DNA of 64,000 nt, from positions 186,001-250,000 of the forward strand of contig RHPI01003599.1 in assembly GCA_009103225.1 (NCBI GenBank), in the 5' to 3' direction. The position numbers were made by a program, and so were the translations under genes. The stretch comes from Chlorokybus atmophyticus (lineage: Eukaryota; Plantae; Mesostigma and Chlorokybus algae). This document shows positions 54,501 through 64,000 of this stretch, in pieces. The notes below the pieces were generated by a model, which had not been told where the DNA came from, made no database searches, and was given only the letters and a program-made list of their open reading frames with translations. Numbering within the stretch: the stretch's first letter is position 1; every line of letters begins with the position of its first letter.

Positions 54501-55081
54501 AGTTGCACACGTGTGCGTGTATTCGCGTGCAGTTGTGGTACTTTGTGCAGTATTGCAGTTGTGGTAGGCATGGAGCAAAGTATATAGCTGTACTTGAACT
54601 CTTGCCGTTCTAGTAATGAGAGAGTGGCCTTGGCACTCAGCAGCATAGGCCATTGATAGGCTACTGCTCAAACCACACGCAACTTTCAGTGATGGCTTGA
54701 CCGCGCGCAACTAGTGCTTGTCAAGAAGCACATTTTATTACATGTCTAATTGGGCAACATCGTCACACCAAGCCACGTACTGTCATCCCTGCCTATCACT
54801 GCACAGGTCAACTGCACACCTCAATGCAGACTTTGTACACCATGTCATGAGGAAACAGAGCGCACATGTACCTATTAATTAGCTTGACTATCCCCGTACC
54901 CAGTACACCACACGCAATTAAGCCTCTCCGCAATGTGATTACCCGTATGGCAACCTGAAGGTACTGGGGCGTTGCAGATTTCCCAGCAAGAATGTAAGAT
55001 GGCCAATCGGTAAGTCAAACAGCTGCATATACATCCCCCGGGCCCCAGCACAGACAGCAATCATCACCTCGCTACTGTAAC

Positions 55082-57162
55082 TTAGTTGATAGTGTCCACG
55101 ACCACGCGGCGCGACTTGATAGGTGCCCACTTCCAGCGCTTGTAGTATGCGGCTTGCAGCAGCACAATCGACAACACCAACACCCACTTGAGGCCCATCT
55201 GTGATGCAGAAAAGAGTGAGTTGACCCATCAGCAAACAAAATGCAAGAGGTCTTGTCTAATAACACAGTAGCGATTGGGGCGTGTTGTCAGTGAACTGCT
55301 GTGACAGAACTCAACACAAGGCATGCTGCAGTTGATGACTTACTACAACGCTGCGAAACCATTCAGCATTTGCCAAATCTTACCAGCTTACGCTCATCAT
55401 GCTCTGGCTCCGCTGCCCATGCAAGGAAGGTGACAACGTCTTTACCCATCTGCAATCGTAGAACGGTATTAACGAGCAACAACCCCGAGCTGAGTCTGAA
55501 ACATAAGCAACCAATCCAAGAGCTGAAACGAGTGCTGCTCATTACTTGTACTGCACATCAGTTCTGTTACCTGTGATGCAGTTGCCGGGGTGCCATCTTC
55601 GTACTCAACCGCACCGTCAACCAACATTTGTGGCATAGCAATAGCTCCACCAGGGAAGTACGGGTTGTAATGCAAGCCCTCGCGCACCTATCGCACAATG
55701 TTTCAGATTGTACAATTTTATAAGACTGATGGGATCGGAGCAAACACTCGCTTGCATAAGCCTTACATGCACGCCAGCAGGTGGATCGCGATAGCCAGTC
55801 AGCAAGGAAAACACGTAATTCTGTCCGTCATGGCGTGCCTATTGCAGACACAGCAGATCAGCATGAAACCGTGCACACATCTGGGGACAACAAGAGGGCT
55901 ATTTGCCCTACCTTTGTGATTAAGGTGAGGTCAGGTGGGTAGGCCCCACCATTGGCATAGCGAGCCGTCTCTTCATTCGGGTATGGCTTGGGCAGAGGGT
56001 CAGAGATCTTGCCGGGTCGGGTGTACATCTCACCCTGATCGTTTGGACCATCAATGACCTCGACCTCCTCTGCCATAGCCTTCACCTCTTCTTCGGTGTA
56101 GGCAACGCCGATGAGATTGCGGAAGGAAAGCTTATCCAGACTGTGGCATGCCTGGCACACCGCCGTGTACACCTGATGTCCCCTGCACACCACCACGACA
56201 ACAACATTATCATGCACACGTACGTCATAACACGAAATAATAACTTATGTACTGCTTCCAACACACAACACACACATACGTCAAACTTGCTGCAAGGCAA
56301 TAACCGCCTGTACCTATGTTGTCTGTGCTGCCAGCTTGCAGCGCAGACAACAGTGGTAGTGACTACTACGCACATGAAATTGTCGTGTTAAAGCACCTGC
56401 GAATGGCGGCGTGGTCATAAGCTGAGAACGGGCCTTCATGGGGCCAGGGATACTTGGGAGCGGGAAGACCGTGCTCTGCTTCGTCCATGTATGCAACGGA
56501 CGCAGCGCCAAGCAGCCCGCCCACAGCGCCCATTCCTACTGCACCCCACGCATGCCGGCTGCTGCTGCTGCTGCTCTGCCCATTGTCGGCCCTGCTGCTT
56601 CCGCTGCGCTCCGTTGCTGTCGCGGCCGAAGCTAAGCTCTGTGCCACAAGACAAACCTGTGAGCTACAAGCAACTGAATCCATCCAAGTCCAAGCAAAGC
56701 GTAGAAGCCATTGGGGATGTGCAGAACATGGCACTGAAGAACTAGCTACAAAGCGACACGAACATAATCGAAGCAAGTGAAGTGCACCCGACCGCTTATG
56801 TTATGCTTGATGGCATCAACAACTGGCAGCATGGCTACAGGCAAGAATACGATGACAATCTGTACACAACTTGCGAAGCCATGTTGTGCTGCGTCTGACT
56901 AGTTGTTAGCACACGCGTTTGCAGAAGTATGGCATGCGTGTCTGGTTCCATGCTATATACTACTGCAACCACGCCTAGACAAAGCTCACGCAATACCGAG
57001 CTGTAGCACAATCACCAATTCCGCATCTGCTATCCGTATGACTGGCATGCATGATTCCTGCCGATTACAGCATGGTGCACAACCCATCGTACACACCTGC
57101 GACCGGCCGCCAGCGCCTCGCAAAAGCGAGAGCGCTCGCTGGGCCGTCCTAGTGGACAGCAT
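55082..57162 (-). CDS. CYC1: Mitochondrial cytochrome c1 (complex III heme protein)
   Basis: Presequence [15 protein letters not shown], then [37 protein letters not shown] (CXXCH), [43 protein letters not shown], and the C-terminus [15 protein letters not shown]. Confidence 0.96.
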
Positions 57163-57455
57163 GTTGCTCCCGATCCCGTCGCCCTGCCCGTGCACAACGG
57201 CACCACCGCCGCCGCTGCCACCACCGCCCGCAGCGGTTCCTGTTTAGGGTTTGATGCCACTGCCTTGCATTAGGGCTCCAAGTCAATGCGTTGTAGTGGT
57301 GCATTTGCGTGCATAGCGGAGTCGCCGTTGGATGGCCCGACCTGGAGCCGAGGACTGGTCCTAATCAATTCGGATCGAGTATTGCTAATTGGCAGAACAT
57401 GTCAGCAAATACATGTGCATAATTTCCACCTGGTGACGTACAACTTGACAATTGA

Positions 57456-58595
57456 CAGTCTACCCTCGATGTAGTGACCACTTATGGTTGGAGTCACCTA
57501 ATTGTGGAGCTGCCACGATGCCAGAATCCGCAAATGCTGACTGCAAAGAGTTGGATGAGCTAATTGGCAAGTTGGGTATTAATGACGCGCTCTCCGCGGC
57601 TGAGTACATCAACTTGCAAGGTAAACAACTTGTGGAGGCTGAGTCAACCTTTAACGAGCTGTTGGACATGCATGAGTCCGTGACGGCTGATGTGGATGTT
57701 GCCCCCGACCTCATTGCTGATGGGGACATCAACGTTGACGACATCCCACCGAAGCATGTTGCTAGTGCCACTGCAATGGAGAGCGCGGAGAAGACGGAGG
57801 TGTTTCCAGCGGATAACCTGGAGGCTTTTGGTGCAAGCGACATTGCATGGCTTGAGCGCTTCAAGAAGAAGGCTATGCAGATAGTAGTGGCAAATGTTAT
57901 CGTATGTAACAGAGTGACATTCGTACCTTTTATGCATAAACGCACATGTTGTATACTTGCTGCTTACATGATGTGCATGTACACATTAAGGTAACTGCAG
58001 CTAGGTAAGTATCTACTAGACATGATATGCATCACTGCAACTTGCAATTGAAAATGCACGCACAGTCATACGCACACAATCACAAACACGCACACACCCA
58101 CACTCACAGATGACTACACGCACACTCAAATGCACGCACACTTACACACATTAACACACAGTCACACTGGCATACAATCCAGCACACTCATGCATAGTCA
58201 CGCACACACACGCATAGCACACACTCGCACACTAGTGCATGCTGCATGATTAATACGGATTCATGTACACACGCACACTCACAGATTAACACAGTTACAC
58301 GCACACGCATACCCATTCATTGAGACGCACACAATCACAGCACACTGACACTCACATGCACACACACGTAATCACACACTCATACGCACACACTAACACA
58401 TGGATGATGCACCGCTGCTACTATTTTGAAAGAGCCATTGCTCCTACTTCAAGGTTACCTCATAATAAGAGCTACAGCTCTTACTACGAGGTTCCTTTGT
58501 TAACGAGTACATGCTCTTATTTCAGGGTAAGAGCACCTCCATGTAAGAGCCAAAAGGGCTCGCGTAAACCTAGCTCTTATATCGAGGGTTGACTA
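57456..58595 (+). mobile_element. Degenerate pogo/Tigger (Tc1-mariner) DNA transposon with transposase C-terminal remnant
   Basis: Imperfect TIRs CAGTCTACCCTCGATGTA / (rc) TAGTCAACCCTCGATATA, with TA just right of the element. The acidic ORF ELDELIGKLGINDALSAAEYINL..ATAMESAEKTEVF resembles pogo/CENP-B-like C-termini. AAGAGC/GCTCTT subterminal motifs recur at 58430-58580. Confidence 0.55.
58040..58405. repeat. Degenerate (CA)-rich low-complexity tract
   Basis: Continuous cacac/acgcac units. Confidence 0.85.
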
Positions 58596-59870
58596 TACAA
58601 TGTTTTGACAATGTTGAAGGCCCTCAAACCTTGCAGCAAGCATCCAGGTAGTGTCGCCGCGTGCTTGTTAACTCCACCTCTTCGGCAAGGCCCTACTCCA
58701 CCAGAACGATCCTTTCTTTCGCTCCTCTCTTCAAGGGCGGCTTGGGTGGGCGTGACTGTCAGTCCTCTTCAGATCTGGTGGGCATGAACTCGCTTGCAAC
58801 TTACTTCTTCTTGAACAAAACTTAGCTGATGGGTTGCATGCAAGTGAAAGATGTGTGTCTCCTAGCGAAATTAGTGCAAGATGACCACAACTTGACTTGC
58901 AATCGGCCATTCACTCGTGTAGAGCAGTGGAAACTCAATCGTCACTTAAAGTACATGCCAAGGCAGCCCATACGGTGCGTCAAAGTCGCAATAGTGACAC
59001 ACACCCCTTCATGCACAGCAATGCACAGCAACCAACACATGCACACATACACCATACATACAAGCACGTGCAGAAGCATCCGCTCAGCTAAGAACCTCTT
59101 CCCAAAGGTGTTGCTTGCACTTCAGTAGGTCAACTTGCATCCAACCAAACCAGGAATCAATCAAGCTAGCAAAGCCTTATATACCACCGTTGAGCCCAAG
59201 CCCAACCAACTCTCCAACTACCATAACTGTCAATCTGCACCAGCATTGTAATAGTCATGATGGCGTTGATAAGTAACGGTAGACGGTTAGGATAGGCTAA
59301 TCCAAGCTCATCCTTTTTAAGTACACTTAAAGACGCATTTTTTGACGCCAACCCACGGCCAAACCATTGCTCCACTTGTAAGTTATGGCTTCTCAAACGA
59401 CTTACGACTCCAAAAGAGCTGCGAGGTACCATAGGGACCCGAATATGCTGTAAGCTCGGTACCTGACTATAGATTTGCCTCGAACACACCTCACCTCCTA
59501 TGAGGACCGAAACATGAGATCCACAAGCAAACCCAACTCATAAACTCTGTAAATGGCTATGAGAGCCAAAATCCCAAGGTCCATCCATGCCGCCAGCCCC
59601 AAGGGCGCCATGCACAGGTTCACTACTTGCTCGCGCATTACAAACCGTATGAAACTACCACATGAAAATTGCAAATGACAATTATGATACAGCGGGTGAA
59701 GGCAAAAGATACACTCTGCAAATGAGTGAGCGAGCGAGCAGGTGAGACAAAGAGCGCTTCTTGCAATAATACTCTTTAGCAACATGAATGCTTATGGTAC
59801 GGTTGACATTGCCATCATGTGATATGTACTGGTAGTAACGTAAGCAAGCATGATAAAGTATTGTGATAGC

Positions 59871-60444
59871 TAAGGCTGGGACGTAACAACTATGTTCTGT
59901 TTCAAAAAGCGAACAAAGAACATTTTTTGTTTTTACATCGATGATCAAAAAGTAAAGCGAAATAAGGGTCGAAAGAACGTTTTTTGAGGGGTTCGTTCCC
60001 CACAACGCATATAGGTGTGTGAATGAATGGAACCTTTTGCAGTCCCGCAATATCACACATAGTCACGCGATGTTCATGCGTGACACTACATACCACGTGA
60101 CGCAGCGTGACTCGACGTGTTACAAGTGTCCAATACACGCTTCTATATCACATTGAAGCGTGTACCATGTGACATGTTAAGTAGCGTAATACATGCCATT
60201 GATAATGCAATCCTTTACATGAGATGATGCATGTGCCCGTGTTGATATATTTTATGTATGTTTTAATCAAAGATTTAATTCATATTGTTATTTTTTATCA
60301 TTGGTTCGTTCGCTGTCGCTCATGAATGACGCTTGTTTTGTTCTACAAGGTAAGGTTATATCAACTTTGAAATAACCATAATATTCAGGTTCTTGTTCTT
60401 TGTTTGTCCGGTCATGCTCAAACCTCAGCTCGGCCCCAACCCTA
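59871..60444 (-). mobile_element. hAT-type MITE, family A, second copy
   Basis: Termini TAAGGCTGGG...CCAACCCTA. Long blocks are shared with 42601-43113 in reverse complement (e.g. CGTCGAGTCACGCTG, ACTGCAAAAGGTTC, AACGTTCTTTCGACC, AGAACAAAACAAGCG). No TSD is retained. Confidence 0.75.
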
Positions 60445-60519
60445 ACCACAATGGCATTTCTCTAACATGGAAAACATTCTCTCGTTGTTAAATGGGGACA
60501 CAAAGCATACAAATACTAA

Positions 60520-61024
60520 TGTCACGAATTGGGATAAATTGTGACAGACCTCACTCATGGTAGTGTCTTTTACTACCATAGCCTAGTGGTCGGGCCCCGA
60601 TTGTTACAATGGTATCGGAGCTTGACGTCTCAGGTTCAATTCCCGTAGGGGACTGAGGCAGATCCAAGGCAAAAATAACATTTGGGGCGGCTTGCCCTAG
60701 GCTGGGCGCGGGATCACAACCTGCGCGCCGAGCCAATTTAACCTAAGGCCGCGTGAGCGGTCGCGCTGCGATCGCAGGTCGCGCGGTGAGGATGGCCGTT
60801 CGGTCGGTCAGGACCGTTCATGGGCTGGATCCAACAGGCCGCGGGCAGACCGATCGTGGTACGGCCGCAAACACGGCGACGTGGGCTAGTGCCTCATTGG
60901 ATTATGAGGAACTCATGGGTTAAATTGGGGAGGAATGTCACGAATTGGGATAAATTGTGACAGACCTCACTCATGGTAGTGTCTTTTACTACCATAGCCT
61001 AGTGGTCGGGCCCCGATTGTTACA
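60520..61024 (+). mobile_element. TRIM (terminal-repeat retrotransposon in miniature), 505 bp, non-autonomous, very recent
   Basis: Identical 89-bp LTRs (60520-60608, 60936-61024) with TG...CA ends, PBS TGGTATCGGAGC (60610-60621, iMet-type), PPT GGGGAGGAA before the 3' LTR, and a perfect 5-bp TSD ACTAA. Confidence 0.95.
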
Positions 61025-61312
61025 ACTAAAGTCCATGCCTATAATGGCAAATGCCCTGGCCGTGGCGCCGCACTGCAACGGTGCTGCGTGCATTACCGTT
61101 AACAGGTAAGGTCTGGTCGATAGCGCGCCGGTCGAATTGGTGGGGCGCTGAGTTTGCAAATTGAAACGCCCGAGGCGGCCCCTGCTCGCTGACAGTGTGA
61201 CTTTAATAAATTTCTTCAGTTGAGGTCGTAGCCACTGCTGGCCATGCACCATGCATCATGGCCTCAGTAGTCGGTTTCATAGATATTACCTATGCTTGGG
61301 GTAGGTTTTACA

Positions 61313-61690
61313 TATAGTTGCACAATGCGGCTAAGTGTCGGAATGCATACGGTATATTACCCGTATTGCTTGTCCGTCGTATTAAATTCGCGGTAATACG
61401 CGTATTAAGGGTTAGGGTTTGGGTCTGAATAGTTAAGGTGCCTGCAAAGCCCTAATTGAGCCTGCGCCGCGTTTCAAGCCCTTACTTACTGCGCAGCGCA
61501 CGATGCCAAGATGTGCGGCTGTCGCGTTTACATGATAATAAACCACTTTACCACCTACCATGCCCCTAGAACATGTCAACATGTTAGGTGCATTTAGCGT
61601 ATTGGCCGCATCAACGTTTTAAATGCAAAGTATCATACCCGTATGAGTCTCTAGACGTATCAAATACCGTATACAATTTGTGCAACTATG
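61313..61690. mobile_element. hAT-type MITE, family C ((C/T)ATAGTTGCACAA termini)
   Basis: 13-bp TIR with 1 mismatch, a perfect 8-bp TSD GTTTTACA (61305-61312 / 61691-61698), and ATACGGTAT subterminal inverted motifs. Confidence 0.8.
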
Positions 61691-61884
61691 GTTTTACATG
61701 AATCAATCCCAGTCAATCTCTGACTAAGCAAACCGCGATTTAGGACAGACCTTTGAATTGAAGGCTTAATTGTGGTGCAGACAACGCCACGGCCGGGCAG
61801 GCTGATGGTTACGAGATCAAGAAACGATCGCGCATAATTGGGCCAATTGGGCCAATTGCACTCACCACTACATACAGCCCATAA

Positions 61885-62241
61885 AGCCTCGGTCACACAT
61901 GTTAGGGTTAGCGGCTAGCTGCGTTTGCGGTCAGCTGACCGCGACGTAACGCGGTTTCGTAAGTCGCGAATTACCAACCGCGGTCGAAAACGTAACCTCC
62001 GGTCACACCATAGTGCGTGACGTCGGCGTTAGGGTTCAATTCTCCGCGAGGATCCCGATTTTCTCGGGTGCCCTCTCGTTATGTTTAGCTAAACGCGGGT
62101 GTTACGTTTAGGCCTTGCGTTATGGTTAACTGGACGTGACGCCGTCGAGACGTAACTAAATTCGGCGGTCACATCGTCTGACCGCGTTTCGTCAGTCGAA
62201 AACGCGGAATCAGACCAAACGCGACCGTGTGTGACCCGCCT
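61885..62241. mobile_element. PIF/Harbinger (Tourist-like) MITE
   Basis: Imperfect TIRs AGCCTCGGTCACACA / (rc) AGGCGGGTCACACA, a TAA TSD on both sides, and a CpG-rich interior with repeated GACCGCG and GAAAACG motifs. Confidence 0.6.
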
Positions 62242-62301
62242 TAAGGCGCACAGAATAACAACGTTGTGGCAGCTGTATTACCCGCTCACCGCATCGGCTT
62301 C

Positions 62302-62446
<145 letters not shown>

Positions 62447-62626
62447 NGAGCCTGCCTGGCTCATACGCACATATCAAGCGGGCCACGAGTAAGCTTGGTC
62501 ATGCATGCATGCACGCACGCTGTACGTATCTGTCTGCATGCCGCTGCACCCGCAGCATCATTTCACTAGTCTCCTTGCAATCTCAGGCAAAGGTCAGCGC
62601 AACACCCTTCTCTCATCGTTTTCACA

Positions 62627-62816
62627 ATGGATGTTAGGGCGTCTTCATTCTCCCGCACAGCACTGCTGCTGGCGGCGCCGCTGCTGCTGTGATGGCTACG
62701 CCGCTGGCAACCAACACTGCTACAAGCAGCCGCAAACTGCTGCAGGAGCCGTCCTACATTGTACCTTCCACTTGCCCAAGTCCCGACGGGATCTTTGCCA
62801 ATTCTTGCGACTGTAG
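62627..62816 (+). other. Possible frameshifted first exon of a secreted protein
   Basis: MDVRASSFSRTALLLAA reads, after a 1-base shift, into AAAVMATPLATNTATSSRKLLQEPSYIVPSTCPSPDGIFANSCDC, ending at a GTGAG donor. No downstream exons were identified. Confidence 0.3.
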
Positions 62817-62841
62817 GTGAGGCCAACATACACCTATCATG

Positions 62842-62846
<5 letters not shown>

Positions 62847-62922
<76 letters not shown>
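62847..62922. repeat. (CT)n microsatellite
   Basis: Directly visible, with one interruption. Confidence 0.9.
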
Positions 62923-62926
<4 letters not shown>

Positions 62927-64000
62927 TGCGTGCGTGCGTGCGTATGTAGGTGAAAGAGAGATAGAATCTGGCTCGCTCGGCCCCTAGCTTGCGTGTGCAA
63001 GTATGTGCACGCAGCTGTGTATGTGTATGCGCGCCCCCAAAGGTTTGCTGGCTGTGTCTGGCATGAGATATTGAATCAACAGCAAAACTACAAACTTTAC
63101 AGCTTCGACGGGTAGATGGACAGAAAGGTGCCTGCGTGTACTGCATTAAGTACTGGCAAGAACCGCACAGCATGGGTGTGCATGATTGTACCTGCACGCG
63201 TGCGTGTGCGCGCATGTGCTGCACTGCAGCGTGCGTGGTGCACATACACGTACGCGTCACAGTAATCATGTAATGAGTCGTGCAGCAAGTGTGAGCGCAC
63301 ATGGGCTTGCGTGTGCGTGATGCATTATGAGTGTGTATATGCATGTTGCGGCAGCATATGCGCGAGTGTGCAAGCGCGCACGTGGTGCTGCAGCATGCCA
63401 GCTGGCTTGCTGTAGCATCATGATGCATGCGTGATATATATTGTGTGTTGAGTCGAGTTTTCACATCTCAACACAGCAGTGCAGCAAATTGCGCATGCTT
63501 GCTTCGCACAAGTGCGCGCCGAGTATTGCAGCCTGCAACCAAGTGCGCAGCCGCACTACCAAACTCAGTGTGAGGTGTAGACCAACGAGTACATGCTTTG
63601 TGTGCTTTAAGTGCGTGGGTCGGCGTTGTATTCACTGCCTGGTGACTCGAGTCACATGCATCTTGAACTCAGGATGCATGTGAAGGTGTGAGTGTCTGCA
63701 TGCCACACTCTTTCTCACAGTGTGTGTGTCTAAGCATGTCAGCAGTTACCAATTCGGCAAGAGAGATACACGCAGATGTGTGAGACAGAGTACTTTCGTT
63801 GAACATGGGTGTGTGTATTATCGTGTACATACCAAATGATTCGGCAAAAGGGCTGCTGGCAGTGTGTCGGGTCGAGGAGAGTCGAGGGTCACACTGTCTC
63901 GGGCCGCTGCAGGGAAAGACATGCTTGCTAGCCCTGTTGCTGCAACATGTTGTAACATGTAGCAAAAGTAAAAGATAACCAGCTCGTATGGCGAGGAGTG

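Noticed and set aside
58830-59790. Coding-looking minus-strand ORFs (e.g. LGLAAWMDLGILALIAIYRVYELG)
   Set aside because: They contain multiple stops and no family is recognisable; possibly a decayed element, but unsupported.
61405-61425. TAAGGGTTAGGGTTTGGG as an interstitial telomere
   Set aside because: It has only 2-3 degenerate units and lies inside a MITE.

Overview
This is an intron-rich eukaryotic nuclear window from a green photosynthetic lineage. The evidence is nuclear psbO, DEG8, a PHT4-type transporter, GT-AG introns and a telo-box. The species cannot be fixed from the sequence; a green alga or early streptophyte is my inference. About 13 multi-exon genes are supportable: a MUL1/SP1-like RING ligase, a GRIK/SnAK kinase, a small conserved plant-type protein, a multi-HA-repeat protein, PHT4, a RING-coiled-coil-WD40 protein, a secreted GH79-extensin-ConA-like chimera, a PD-(D/E)xK-like protein, ZNHIT2, psbO, a METTL7-like methyltransferase, DEG8 and CYC1. 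There is also a tRNA-Ile(UAU) and an inverted, intron-retaining pseudogene copy of the HA gene. Several small mobile elements are present. The most striking is a 505-bp TRIM-type LTR element (60520-61024) with identical 89-bp LTRs, an iMet-type PBS, a PPT and a 5-bp TSD. Its LTR-internal junction carries a tRNA-like A-box/D-arm and a B-box, suggesting a possible Pol III promoter. Also present are four hAT-type MITEs, a Harbinger-like MITE, a pogo/Tigger remnant, three CRE-like non-LTR endonuclease fragments and a perfect 214-bp fold-back inside the nuclease-like gene. Gene spans were spliced by eye and some terminal exons are uncertain. Single N bases at repeat edges and a 145-N gap suggest assembly joins.
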